A stretch of 64,000 nt of DNA from NCBI GenBank assembly GCA_021813945.1, contig JAKAJD010000003.1, forward strand, positions 109,193 through 173,192, given 5' to 3'. The translations under genes and the position numbers were made by a program. Source of the stretch: a bacterium (GTDB taxonomy: Bacteria; Patescibacteriota; Microgenomatia; Curtissbacterales; GWA2-41-24). The notes beneath the pieces are model-generated. The model was not told where the DNA came from and did no database searches. It was given only the letters and a program-made list of their open reading frames with translations. Positions 1 through 9,764 of this stretch are shown here, one piece after another; position 1 is the first letter of the stretch, and the number at the start of each line of letters is the position of its first letter.

Positions 1-2
1 TT

Positions 3-431
3 GGCAAAAAAATCAGTCATTTAGTGACCGTGGCCGGAGTTTTCCCGTTAACTTTTGGGATTGCAACGGAAAAACAAGCTGCAAAAGTTGCCGAAGTTGT
101 GGAGCGCACTTTGCAACAGAAGTATGGGGTGGTTCAGGGGGTGCCGTTTGTTGAAAATTCCCAATGGGACTATCCTAACGGCTGGGCGCCAATGCAATAC
201 GCGGTTGCTGTGGGGCTCACAAGATATGGATACAAGCACCTGGCAGTGAGGTTAATTGAAAAGTGGCTCAACTGCAATGTTAAAGTTTTTCGGGAGACGG
301 GCTTTTTGTGGGAAAAATACGATGTAGTAAAAGGCAGGGTGGGTGTTCCCGACAGGTATCCAACCCAACCCGGTTTTGGCTGGACAAACGCAGTGTTTTT
401 GATCTTTTGTGAAATGCTTGAAGGTAGTTAG
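3..431 (+). CDS. alpha,alpha-trehalase (GH37), C-terminal part; 5' end outside window
   Basis: QWDYPNGWAP and GFGWTN motifs; frame open to the window start. Confidence 0.85.
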   Translation, partial: GKKISHLVTVAGVFPLTFGIATEKQAAKVAEVVERTLQQKYGVVQGVPFVENSQWDYPNGWAPMQYAVAVGLTRYGYKHLAVRLIEKWLNCNVKVFRETGFLWEKYDVVKGRVGVPDRYPTQPGFGWTNAVFLIFCEMLEGS

Positions 432-454
432 TTTTTAAGTGGTAGAATTGGTTT

Positions 455-1087
455 GTGCCAAAGCAAGATCTTCTAAATAATCTTAAAAAGCGAATGGAAG
501 AGGATAAATCTCTTCCGCTTCGGACTGGCGCAACCCAGCTGGTTTTTGGTGAAGGCAACGCTGATACGCAGCTTTATTTTTTGGGCGAAGCGCCTGGGTA
601 TTATGAAGATAGGGAAGGCAGGCCTTTTGTTGGGCAGGCGGGAAAATTACTTGATCAGCTTATTGAAAGTATAGGTTTTCGAAGAAGCGATGTTTATATT
701 TCCAACGTTGTGCGGTTTCGGCCCCCGGCAAATAGGGATCCGGAAGCCGATGAAATTGCGGCTTTTGCGCCGTACGTTAATGAGGAAATAAATATAATCA
801 GCCCTAAAATAATTGTGACCTTAGGGAGGTTTTCAATGAACAAGTTTTTGCCGGAAGCTCGTATTTCGGCAGTCCACGGTAAGGTTTTTAAGGTGGATTG
901 GAATGGTAAAAGACAAATAGTGATGCCGATGTATCATCCGGCAGCAGCGCTAAGAAGTACTGCAATTCTTGCTGCCATAAAAGGCGATTTCCAGCTAATA
1001 AAAAAGGCGTTAGCGGATGACACTTTGGAAGTTGTGGAAAAATCCCAGCAAGAAAATGCTCAAAGTTCGCAACTGAGTTTAATATGA
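455..1087 (+). CDS. uracil-DNA glycosylase, family 4-like, cysteine-free
   Basis: GEAPG, GRPFVG, RPPxNRxP and YHPAA motifs; C-terminal QLSLI. Confidence 0.9.
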   Translation: MPKQDLLNNLKKRMEEDKSLPLRTGATQLVFGEGNADTQLYFLGEAPGYYEDREGRPFVGQAGKLLDQLIESIGFRRSDVYISNVVRFRPPANRDPEADEIAAFAPYVNEEINIISPKIIVTLGRFSMNKFLPEARISAVHGKVFKVDWNGKRQIVMPMYHPAAALRSTAILAAIKGDFQLIKKALADDTLEVVEKSQQENAQSSQLSLI

Positions 1088-1099
1088 AGGAGGTGAAAA

Positions 1100-1447
1100 A
1101 TGGCTAAAGTTGATACAAACCGCAATCTGGTAGCAGCCCTTTCGTATTTTCCGTTTTTTGCAATATTTCTTTCCTTGGTAATAGTTTTGGTTGAGCGCGA
1201 CGACAAGTTTATCCGCTTTCATGCAATGCAATCTTTTGTAATTTCTGTTTCTTATTACGTTATAAATATCTTTATCAATATGTTTTTCAGGCAGGGAATA
1301 TTGGCTCTTTTGGACACAGTTTTGAGCCCGCTTTTGGTGGTTTTGGTTTTGGTTATTTGGGTAATTTCGATGATAAAAGCCTATCAGGGAGCCGTTATTA
1401 AGTGGCCTATTGTCGGCGAGTTTGTAGAAAAGAAAGTCAGAGGATAA
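1100..1447 (+). CDS. small 3-TM membrane protein (DUF4870-like)
   Basis: ALSY...F.RFHAMQS...KAYQG...PIVG pattern; strong RBS GGAGGTG. Confidence 0.7.
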   Translation: MAKVDTNRNLVAALSYFPFFAIFLSLVIVLVERDDKFIRFHAMQSFVISVSYYVINIFINMFFRQGILALLDTVLSPLLVVLVLVIWVISMIKAYQGAVIKWPIVGEFVEKKVRG

Positions 1448-1451
1448 ATTT

Positions 1452-2009
1452 GTGAAACTTGTAGCTGGCCTTGGTAACCCTGGAGCAAAGTACCGGGGAA
1501 GTAGGCATAATTTGGGATTTATGGTTTTAGATAACTTCGCCAAAGAGGAGGGTTTTTCCTGGCGCTTCAGCCAGGATTGGTCGTGTTATTTCGTAAAACG
1601 GGGTGATTTTGTTCTTATAAAACCTTCAACATTTATGAACAGATCCGGAGATTCTATAAGAAAAGTTGCCGATTATTACAAAATCGATACAGACGAAGTT
1701 TTAGTAGTTTACGACGATATTGACTTGCCATTTGGCAAAATCAGGCTGGCTTTTAATGGGCTTTCTGCCGGGCACCACGGAATAGATTCTGTTATTGAAA
1801 ATTTGGGTATGGAGTTTGGAAGGCTTAGGATTGGTGTAAGCTCGCCTCGAGAAAAACGTGAAGGGAAAGAAGACGTTTCAGATTATGTGCTTTCCGATTT
1901 TACTTCTGATGAAAAGAAAGAGCTGCCTAAAATTATCAATAATTGTAAAGAAGCAATAACCTCTTATTTAGATGAAGGGCTTAATTCTACAATGAATAAA
2001 TTTAACTAG
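1452..2009 (+). CDS. pth: peptidyl-tRNA hydrolase
   Basis: GLGNPG, RHNLGF, KPxTFMN, RLRIGV and DYVL motifs. Confidence 0.95.
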   Translation: MKLVAGLGNPGAKYRGSRHNLGFMVLDNFAKEEGFSWRFSQDWSCYFVKRGDFVLIKPSTFMNRSGDSIRKVADYYKIDTDEVLVVYDDIDLPFGKIRLAFNGLSAGHHGIDSVIENLGMEFGRLRIGVSSPREKREGKEDVSDYVLSDFTSDEKKELPKIINNCKEAITSYLDEGLNSTMNKFN

Positions 2010-2011
2010 TT

Positions 2012-2680
2012 ATGCCTTCTATTGTCGATGTTGTTAATTTTGTCGAAATTTTAATATCCAAATATGGAATGATCATTATTCCACTTGGGGCTTTTTTGGA
2101 AAATTCGGTTATTTTAGGCTTTATTTTTCCGGGTGTTACGTTGATTTTCCTTTCCGGATATGTTGCCAGAACTCAGCATGAGAGTGTCGTTGTCATCATA
2201 ATTTTAGCCGCTTTAGGTTCATTTTTAGGTGATAATTTTGATTATTTTTTAGGTAGGAAAGCGGGAAACGTCTTAGCTCATAAGCCTCTTTTTAAACGGC
2301 CGATAAAGCTAGTTGAGCCGTTTGTTAAAAAGCACGGAGTTTGGGCCGTTTTTGGAGGTAGATTTTCCGCATGGAGCAGAGCATGGGTGGCCTTAGTGTC
2401 CGGTATAGTTAAATTTCCTTATTGGAAATTTGCTATCGTTTCTTTTTGTTCGGCAACTGTCTGGACTAGTATTTGGATTGTTGGGGGTTATTTAGTTGGC
2501 GGAAACAAGCAGTTAATAGAAGAGTGGTTAGGAAGAGGTACTTTTGTGTTTTGGTTAGCGTTTGCAATAGGACTAGTAATTTATTTTAGAACAAGACTTA
2601 AGCTAGTTTTAGATTTGGCCGTTTTTGAGGGCAAAAAGCATGGCAACAATGTCAAAAACAGGATTTGGCGAAAGTCTTAA
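2012..2680 (+). CDS. DedA family membrane protein
   Basis: GFIFPG, LGDNxxYFLGR and GGRF motifs. Confidence 0.85.
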   Translation: MPSIVDVVNFVEILISKYGMIIIPLGAFLENSVILGFIFPGVTLIFLSGYVARTQHESVVVIIILAALGSFLGDNFDYFLGRKAGNVLAHKPLFKRPIKLVEPFVKKHGVWAVFGGRFSAWSRAWVALVSGIVKFPYWKFAIVSFCSATVWTSIWIVGGYLVGGNKQLIEEWLGRGTFVFWLAFAIGLVIYFRTRLKLVLDLAVFEGKKHGNNVKNRIWRKS

Positions 2681-2984
2681 CGAGAAAGTTTATCAGATAG
2701 TTAAAAAAATCCCGAGAGGTAAGGTTTCAACTTACGGAGAGATAGCTATATCTTTGGGGAAACCTAGGGCTGCAAGACAAGTTGGTTGGGCACTGCATGC
2801 GAACAGGTCAGTTGATGTGCCATGTCATAGGGTGGTGGACCGAAATGGCAGGTTAGCGCCGAATTTTGCTTTCGATGGGGCAAAAGAACAAAGAAGGCGG
2901 TTGGAATCAGAGGGCGTTAAATTTGCTGATGAGATGCACGTTGATCTTTCCAAAAGTATTTGGAAAGGAAATTCTAAATCCTAA
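2640..2984 (+). CDS. MGMT/Ogt-family alkylated-DNA repair protein
   Basis: IPRGKVSTYG, ARQVG and PCHRV motifs. Confidence 0.85.
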   Translation: MATMSKTGFGESLNEKVYQIVKKIPRGKVSTYGEIAISLGKPRAARQVGWALHANRSVDVPCHRVVDRNGRLAPNFAFDGAKEQRRRLESEGVKFADEMHVDLSKSIWKGNSKS

Positions 2985-3042
2985 TTTCTAAATTCTAAAA
3001 TTAGTTTAGGATTTCGATATTCGTGCTTCGAATTTAATATTT

Positions 3043-3309
3043 ATGAGGGCTCATATTAAAGTTTTTGGGAAAGTACAAGGGGTGTTTTTTCGAAGGTCGG
3101 CAAAGATAAAAGCGGATGAGTTGGGAGTGTTAGGCTGGGTTAAAAATTCCGATGACGGGTCGGTTGAGGTGATGGCGCAGGGGGAGAAAAAGCAGGTTGA
3201 TCAATTTATCAAATGGTGCAAAAAAGGACCCCCATTTGCCAAAGTCGAGAATACGGAAGTGGATATTAGGCCGGATGAGGATTTTGCTGATTTTTCAATT
3301 CACGACTAA
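3043..3309 (+). CDS. acyP: acylphosphatase
   Basis: GKVQGVFFR, GWVKN and GPP motifs. Confidence 0.92.
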   Translation: MRAHIKVFGKVQGVFFRRSAKIKADELGVLGWVKNSDDGSVEVMAQGEKKQVDQFIKWCKKGPPFAKVENTEVDIRPDEDFADFSIHD

Positions 3310-3314
3310 CATTT

Positions 3315-3343
3315 TTGGCTTCGGGGTTAGCTTATGATAGACT
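3315..3343 (+). promoter_or_regulatory. putative sigma70 promoter of the MEP operon
   Basis: TTGGCT-17 nt-TAGACT with TG extension, upstream of ATG 3357. Confidence 0.5.
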
Positions 3344-3356
3344 ATGCAAATCTAAA

Positions 3357-4508
3357 ATGAATATTTCCGTTTTAGGTTCAACCGGGTCTATCGGTACCCA
3401 GACATTGGAGGTTGTTTCTGCGCACCCTAAAAAACTTAAAGTTTTGGGTTTGGCGGCGGGATCCAATACTTCTCTTTTAAAAACTCAGATTAAGAAATTT
3501 AGACCAAAAGCAATTTCTGTTAAGAAGGAAGAGGACAAAAGAGCTTTTAAGAATATCAAAAACGTACAAGTTCGATTTGGAGACAAAGGTAATATAGAAG
3601 TTGCGACTTTAAAGGGCGTTGAGAGAGTTGTAATTGCGACACCCGGCCTTGCCGGAATAGCGCCAACACTGGCCGCAATTGCCGCAAAAAAGACGATTTG
3701 TCTGGCAACCAAGGAAGTTTTGGTCGCAGCAGGTGAACTGGTTACATCTGAAGCTAAAAAACATAAGGTTTCCCTAATTCCAATTGATTCTGAACATTCG
3801 GCAATTTTTCAAGCGCTTTCTGGAAGAAGCGAAAAGGAAGTAAAACGGATAATTTTAACCGCTTCGGGTGGGCCTTTTAGGGGAAAAACGGTCAAGGATT
3901 TGAAAAAGATCACACCGGCACAGGCTCTAGCGCACCCGACCTGGTCGATGGGGAAGAAGATTACTATTGATAGCGCAACTCTTATGAATAAGGGTTTCGA
4001 GGTAATCGAGGCAATGTGGCTTTTCGGAGTTCCACTTTCTAAAATCCAAGTAGTCGTACATCCTCAAAGCATTATCCATTCCGCAGTTGAATTTGTGGAC
4101 GGATCGATAATTGCCCAAATGGGAGCTTCGGATATGCGGCTGCCTATCCAATACGCTTTGTTTTATCCAGGTGAGCGACTTCCCAACAATTTCAGGAGGT
4201 TTTCGTTTTTTGATAAACGGGATTTGACCTTTGACGAGCCGGATTTAAAGACCTTTAAGTGTTTGGATTTGGCATTTAAGGCGATTTCTAAAGGCAAAAG
4301 TGCCCCTGCGGTTTTGACAGCGGCTAACGATGTGGCTGTTGAAGCGTTTTTAGCAGGAAAGCTTCCATTTCTGGGGATCGGTCAGGTTTTGGAGGCTACG
4401 CTTTCTGCCCATAAGGTTCAAAAGTTTAGAAATCTTGATGAACTCTTGGCGATTGATGAATGGGCAAGGGAAAATGCAGCCCAAAATGTTTTAAAATTTT
4501 CCAAATAA
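3357..4508 (+). CDS. dxr: 1-deoxy-D-xylulose-5-phosphate reductoisomerase
   Basis: GSTGSIG, PIDSEHSA, TASGGPF, HPTWSMG and NKGFE motifs; start moved to ATG 3357. Confidence 0.97.
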   Translation: MNISVLGSTGSIGTQTLEVVSAHPKKLKVLGLAAGSNTSLLKTQIKKFRPKAISVKKEEDKRAFKNIKNVQVRFGDKGNIEVATLKGVERVVIATPGLAGIAPTLAAIAAKKTICLATKEVLVAAGELVTSEAKKHKVSLIPIDSEHSAIFQALSGRSEKEVKRIILTASGGPFRGKTVKDLKKITPAQALAHPTWSMGKKITIDSATLMNKGFEVIEAMWLFGVPLSKIQVVVHPQSIIHSAVEFVDGSIIAQMGASDMRLPIQYALFYPGERLPNNFRRFSFFDKRDLTFDEPDLKTFKCLDLAFKAISKGKSAPAVLTAANDVAVEAFLAGKLPFLGIGQVLEATLSAHKVQKFRNLDELLAIDEWARENAAQNVLKFSK

Positions 4509-4509
4509 G

Positions 4510-5214
4510 ATGAATTATCTCGTTATTGTTGCTGGTGGTGGAGGAAAGAGGATGGGTTTGGGGTTTAACAAAATTTTTGCGAAAGTTGGTGGGAAACCTC
4601 TTATCTACTGGACAATTTTGGCTTTTGAGAAAAGCAAAATTGTGGATGAGATTATTATTTCTGCTGCGGCTTCTGATATTTCTACAATAAGGTCAATCTG
4701 CAAAAAGTACGGATTTTTGAAAGTTAGGGATTTCGTTACTTCTGTTAGTACCCGTCAGGAGTCGACTTTCGAAGTCCTGAAGAAAATAAAAGAAAAGGCT
4801 AAAAAGTCGGATTTAGTAGGGGTTCATAATGCTGCAAATCCGTTTGTAACAAGATTGGAAATAAAAGAAGTTTATCAGCGAGCAGGAAAAACTGGAGCTG
4901 CCCTTCTTGCTCAACCTGCAAGAGACACCGTTAAGGTTTCCAATAAGGGTGGATTTGTAGTCCAGACACCGCCCAGACAACTATCCTGGTATGCCCAAAC
5001 TCCTCAGGTTGCCACTTTTGCCAATTTATGGAAAGCGTTTACCAAAGCACAGAGGCAAAAGTTCATTGGCACAGACGATGCGCAGCTTCTGGAAAGAGCA
5101 GGCATAAAAGTTAAGATTGTACCCTGCTCAAATGTTAATATGAAGATAACTTTCGTGGAGGATTTGACAGTTGCAGGCCAAATTTTAAAAACATTTGCAA
5201 AAAATTATGAATAA
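4510..5214 (+). CDS. ispD: MEP cytidylyltransferase
   Basis: AGGxGKRMG..NK, RQES, QTPQ, TDDA and NxKIT motifs. Confidence 0.92.
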   Translation: MNYLVIVAGGGGKRMGLGFNKIFAKVGGKPLIYWTILAFEKSKIVDEIIISAAASDISTIRSICKKYGFLKVRDFVTSVSTRQESTFEVLKKIKEKAKKSDLVGVHNAANPFVTRLEIKEVYQRAGKTGAALLAQPARDTVKVSNKGGFVVQTPPRQLSWYAQTPQVATFANLWKAFTKAQRQKFIGTDDAQLLERAGIKVKIVPCSNVNMKITFVEDLTVAGQILKTFAKNYE

Positions 5215-5695
5215 TATCTTTAGAGTGGGTATTGGGCAAGATTCGCACAGGTTTTCCAAAGCCAAAAGGCCTCTGGTTTTGGGAGGAGTCGAGGTATCTA
5301 AAAGCGGAGGGCTTGAAGGGAAATCAGATGCGGATGTTGTCTTGCATAGTTTGTGTAATGCTGTTTCATCTGCTTTGGGTGGGGATTCGCTTTCAACTTG
5401 GTCTGATGAGATGTGTAAAAGTGGAGTGACTGATAGCAAAGAGTATCTAAAATTCATTGTCAGCAAAGCATCAAAGAAAAATTATCAAATAGTTAACGCT
5501 TCGGTGGCGGTTGAAGCAAAAAAACCACGAATAGATCTTGCGACAATTAAGAAGATGAAAGATGCGATTTCCGGAATTCTTTCAATTAGTTCTGATTCGG
5601 TCGGGATTACTTTTACTTCCGGTGAAGGATTAACTGCTTTTGGAAAGGGCCTTGGAATCCAATCCATCTCACAAGTTTTGCTGTGCCAAAAATAA
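5207..5695 (+). CDS. ispF: MEcDP synthase
   Basis: RVGIGQDSHRF, SDADVVLH and TSGEGL motifs. Confidence 0.92.
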   Translation: MNNIFRVGIGQDSHRFSKAKRPLVLGGVEVSKSGGLEGKSDADVVLHSLCNAVSSALGGDSLSTWSDEMCKSGVTDSKEYLKFIVSKASKKNYQIVNASVAVEAKKPRIDLATIKKMKDAISGILSISSDSVGITFTSGEGLTAFGKGLGIQSISQVLLCQK

Positions 5696-6576
5696 CCAAA
5701 AAAGCTTTCTCCAAATTGGATTTAGGGATTCATATTGAACCTAAAAAATCTGAAGATGGGCTCTTTCCGGTTTCATACATCGATTGCCAGGTGGATATTT
5801 GCGATGAGCTTAAATTTGAATCAAGAAATGGAGAGATTGAGATAGTTTGTGATGATCCAGAGGTTCCGATAGACGAGAAAAATTTTATCTATCAAGCGGC
5901 ATTACTTTTGAGGGAATCATCGAAGCGACAAGATCTTGGGGTAAAAATCACCTTAAAAAAGAAAATACCGGTAAAGGCAGGTTTTGGAGGAGGTAGCAGC
6001 GATGGGGCAGCGACCATTTGGGGACTTTGCGAGTTTTGGAATATAAAGGTTTCGAAAAATCAGCTTTTGGAGTTTTCTAAAAAATTAGGCAAAGATTTTT
6101 ACTTTAGCCTTTTTGGAGGTTTGGGAGAGCTAACAAGTGTTGGGCGAGATTATCAATTAAGACCATTTAAATCAGATCTGTCGTTTTGGACAGTTGTTGT
6201 TGTGCCATATGATGAGAAACCTTCAACTGCTTGGATTTATGAGCATCTCGACACTAAAAACATCGGCAAAAATCAGCATAAATTAATAGAATTAAAAAAA
6301 GCACTATTAAAAGGAGATCGGGTGGGGTTTATGTCGAACCTATCAAATGATTTTGAAAGTTCAGTTTCCAGGCATTTTCCGATAGTAACTGATGCTTTAG
6401 CAAATTTGGCAGAAGCCGGTGCATCTGGTAAAATCATGGCTGGCGCCGGGCTTTCAGTTGTAGGTTTTTTTGAGAGCCAAATTAAGGCAAAACAAGCTGC
6501 AAAAACCTTAGAGCGGAATCCAAAATATAGAAAGGTTTTAATTTCCAAAACAAATTTTGACTATGTACAAGCGTGA
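5683..6576 (+). CDS. ispE: CDP-ME kinase (GHMP family), divergent
   Basis: KKIPVKAGFGGGSSD and NDFE motifs; position in MEP cluster. Confidence 0.8.
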   Translation: MPKITKKAFSKLDLGIHIEPKKSEDGLFPVSYIDCQVDICDELKFESRNGEIEIVCDDPEVPIDEKNFIYQAALLLRESSKRQDLGVKITLKKKIPVKAGFGGGSSDGAATIWGLCEFWNIKVSKNQLLEFSKKLGKDFYFSLFGGLGELTSVGRDYQLRPFKSDLSFWTVVVVPYDEKPSTAWIYEHLDTKNIGKNQHKLIELKKALLKGDRVGFMSNLSNDFESSVSRHFPIVTDALANLAEAGASGKIMAGAGLSVVGFFESQIKAKQAAKTLERNPKYRKVLISKTNFDYVQA

Positions 6577-7663
6577 GCAAACAAGACCGGTAAAAATTGG
6601 AAAGCTGACAATCGGTGGTGGAAATCCGGTAAGGGTGCAATCGATGACCCAGACAAAAACACCGGATGTTAAAGGGACGGTTACACAGATCAAGGAGTTG
6701 GAAAAGGCCGGTTGCGAAATAATAAGGGTGACAGCGCCGGATATGGAGTCCGCAAAAGCATTAGGGGCGATTAAGCGACAGATTAATATTCCACTTATAG
6801 TTGATATCCATTTTCAATACCAGTTAGCGCTTGAGGCAATAAAGCAAGGTGTTGATAAAGTCAGAATCAATCCAGGAAATATTGGAGGCGTTGAGCGGGT
6901 AAAAGAGGTTGTTATAGCTTGCAAGAAAAAGAATATTCCGATTCGAATTGGGGTAAACATGGGTTCTTTGGAGCGCGACCTTTTTGCCAAGTACGGAAAA
7001 TATGGTGTGCCAAGGGTGATGGTGGAATCGGCGACAAGGCATGTCAAGATTCTTGAGGATCTTAAGTTCCACGACATTGTAGTTTCTTTGAAAGGCGACA
7101 ACCCGGTTTTGGCAAGGGAGGCTTATATGCTTTTTGCAAAGAGATTCAACTATCCGTTGCATGTGGGAATTACAGAAGCCGGAACTTTGTGGAGTGGAAC
7201 GGTTAAATCGTCTGTTGGGATCGGTTCAATTCTTTCCGAGGGGATAGGAGACACAATCCGGGTTTCAATTGCTGATGATCCCAAAGAACAGGTTAAAGTC
7301 GGTTGGGAAATCCTCAAGTCGTTGGGACTGCGCCAAAAAGGTGTGGATATTATCGCTTGTCCTACTTGCGGCAGGACGGAAATTAATTTGATCGAGCTTG
7401 CCAAAAAGGTCGAAGGAATTGTTTCGGTTTTGGATGCGCCCTTAAAGGTGGCTGTCATGGGATGTGTAGTAAACGGCCCTGGAGAAGCAAGTTTTGCAGA
7501 TATCGGTGTTTGCGGTGGTCGTGGACAAGGAGCAATTTTCAAAAAGGGGAAACTGGTTTCAACATACAAGGAGGCGGAGCTTTTACCTGCGTTTGTGGGA
7601 GAGATCAAAAAGATGCTTGTTGAACGTGGTTTTAGTTCGGAGGCTAAAAAGCTGCATATATGA
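6563..7663 (+). CDS. ispG: HMBPP synthase (GcpE)
   Basis: VQSMT, RINPGN, HVGITEAG, CPTCGR and MGCVVNGPGE motifs. Confidence 0.97.
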   Translation: MYKREQTRPVKIGKLTIGGGNPVRVQSMTQTKTPDVKGTVTQIKELEKAGCEIIRVTAPDMESAKALGAIKRQINIPLIVDIHFQYQLALEAIKQGVDKVRINPGNIGGVERVKEVVIACKKKNIPIRIGVNMGSLERDLFAKYGKYGVPRVMVESATRHVKILEDLKFHDIVVSLKGDNPVLAREAYMLFAKRFNYPLHVGITEAGTLWSGTVKSSVGIGSILSEGIGDTIRVSIADDPKEQVKVGWEILKSLGLRQKGVDIIACPTCGRTEINLIELAKKVEGIVSVLDAPLKVAVMGCVVNGPGEASFADIGVCGGRGQGAIFKKGKLVSTYKEAELLPAFVGEIKKMLVERGFSSEAKKLHI

Positions 7664-8658
7664 TTAAGAAGGTAATTTTAGTTAAGCCAAGAGGCTTTTG
7701 CGCAGGTGTTGATCGGGCAATCGATACGGTTGAGGCGTCTCTAGATGTTTTTGGGCCGCCTGTTTATGTAAAGCACGCAATTGTTCATAACGTTCATGTA
7801 GTATCCGATCTTGAAAAGCGCGGCGCTATTTTTGTAGAAGACCTAGACGAAGTTCCTCCTAAGTCTGTTTTGGTTTTTTCGGCACATGGAACAGATCCAA
7901 AGGTTAAAGAAGAAGCAAAAAGGCGTGGTCACAGAGTAATTGATGCAACATGCCCTCTTGTAACCAAAGTACATTTAGAAGCCATACGGTACGCAAAAGA
8001 AGGTTACTTTATTATTTACGTTGGTCACAGAGGGCACCCGGAGCCAATCGGCGTTTTTGGAGAAATCAAAAAAGGCTCTTATGCCATGATTGAGTATGCG
8101 GACGAGGTTGCCAAACTAAAGGTTCCGCAGGAGGAAAAACTGGTCCATCTCAATCAAACAACACTTTCCATTTCGGATATTTCGAAAACTATATCGGCTC
8201 TTAAAAAACGTTTTCCAAGGATTGTTACTCCGCCGTCTTCTGATATTTGCTTTGCAACGACAAATAGGCAAACTGCTGCTCGGGAGCTTGCTAAAAAATG
8301 TGATCTGGTTTTGGTTATCGGTTCTGCCACAAGTTCCAACTCGCAAAGATTGAGAGATGTTTGTGAAGAAGAAGGAACAACGGCATATTTGGTGGATGAT
8401 GAAGCCAAAGTAAGGGAAAAGTGGTTTTCGGCTGTCAAAACCTTAGGGATAACTTCTGGGGCATCGGCGCCTGAGTATTTGATGGATAGAATGGTTAGTT
8501 TTGTCCGAGGGAAATATCCAAATGTTTCTGTGGAAAAGCTTGAAATTATGAATGAAGAGATAAAATTTCCGCTTCCGGACGATTTGGTTTCGATTGCTTT
8601 TGAGAGTAATAAGGGTACCAAATGGGTGGAAAAGCATAGAGTTTCCTCACAAAGATAA
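7660..8658 (+). CDS. ispH: HMBPP reductase (LytB)
   Basis: GFCAGV, SAHG, DATCPLV, HPE, ICFAT and SSNS motifs. Confidence 0.97.
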   Translation: MIKKVILVKPRGFCAGVDRAIDTVEASLDVFGPPVYVKHAIVHNVHVVSDLEKRGAIFVEDLDEVPPKSVLVFSAHGTDPKVKEEAKRRGHRVIDATCPLVTKVHLEAIRYAKEGYFIIYVGHRGHPEPIGVFGEIKKGSYAMIEYADEVAKLKVPQEEKLVHLNQTTLSISDISKTISALKKRFPRIVTPPSSDICFATTNRQTAARELAKKCDLVLVIGSATSSNSQRLRDVCEEEGTTAYLVDDEAKVREKWFSAVKTLGITSGASAPEYLMDRMVSFVRGKYPNVSVEKLEIMNEEIKFPLPDDLVSIAFESNKGTKWVEKHRVSSQR

Positions 8659-9708
8659 ATGTCTCAAGCTAAAAACATTTTCCAGATTGAGTTTGACAAC
8701 TTTCTGAAACTTTATGAGCCATATCAAGCTCAATATTTTGCAAAAAAGAAAAGCACAAAAGGCAAACTTAAAGCAGCCGCTCTTTTCTGGGCTGATTTGG
8801 AACAGTTTATGCAAGGCGGCAAAAAACTAAGAGGATTCCTCACTTATTTAGGCTATTTGGCTTCCGGGGGAGAAGATATTTCTAAAATTTTGCCAGTTAG
8901 CCTTGCTTACGAGATTGTCCATAGTTTTCTTTTGATGCATGATGATGTGATAGACAGGTCCGATATCAGGCGGGGAAAGGCAAGTATCCATAAAAAGTAT
9001 TCAAGGGTGCATGGTAACCATTTTGGCGAAAGTATTGCCATAGTTTGGGGGGATATTGCGGCGTTTGAAGCAATGTCTTTAGTATGTGATGCGGATTTTG
9101 ACGACAAAACCAAGCTAAGGGCTATTAAATCCTTTGTAGAGACCATAATTTCAACTGGTTTGGGTGAGGGGATTGATGTTTTAATTTCCCAAACAGAAGC
9201 AAAAGAGGCTGACATTTGTGAGGTGAATATTTTAAAAACCGCAAAATACAGTGTTAGTGGGCCTTTGGTAATCGGTGCCATTTTGGCACGAGCAAAAGCA
9301 GACCAGCTTAAGGCGATGGAGAAATTTGGTTTGGCAGCAGGGGAAGCTTTTCAAATTCAAGACGATTTACTTGGAGTCTTTGGCAAAGAGGAGGTTGTTG
9401 GAAAATCCGTGCTTTCCGATATGCGGGAAGGAAAAAGCACACTTTTGATGTTGAAAACAAGAAATCTTGCTAAAGGTTTGGATAAAAAGATAGTTTCCAA
9501 AGTGTGGGGAAATAGCAAGGCAACCCTATCTGATTTAGAAAAAATCAGGCAAATTGTAAAAAGATCTGGTGCTTATGACTTAGTAATTTCGGCGATGGAT
9601 AATCTTGGAAACAAAGCTTTGAATGCGCTAAAATCGGCAAAACTAAATGAGCGCAATAGTGCTATTTTTAGTCAAATGGCAGAGTTTTTTGTAAGTCGTA
9701 ACTTTTAG
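8659..9708 (+). CDS. trans-polyprenyl diphosphate synthase (IspA/IdsA family)
   Basis: GGKKLR, HDDVIDxSxxRRG, KTAxY and FQIQDD motifs. Confidence 0.92.
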   Translation: MSQAKNIFQIEFDNFLKLYEPYQAQYFAKKKSTKGKLKAAALFWADLEQFMQGGKKLRGFLTYLGYLASGGEDISKILPVSLAYEIVHSFLLMHDDVIDRSDIRRGKASIHKKYSRVHGNHFGESIAIVWGDIAAFEAMSLVCDADFDDKTKLRAIKSFVETIISTGLGEGIDVLISQTEAKEADICEVNILKTAKYSVSGPLVIGAILARAKADQLKAMEKFGLAAGEAFQIQDDLLGVFGKEEVVGKSVLSDMREGKSTLLMLKTRNLAKGLDKKIVSKVWGNSKATLSDLEKIRQIVKRSGAYDLVISAMDNLGNKALNALKSAKLNERNSAIFSQMAEFFVSRNF

Positions 9709-9764
9709 TTGAAAGGATATAGTAATTTCTGGTATCCTTTCAGATAAGTCCAAAGGATTATTGG

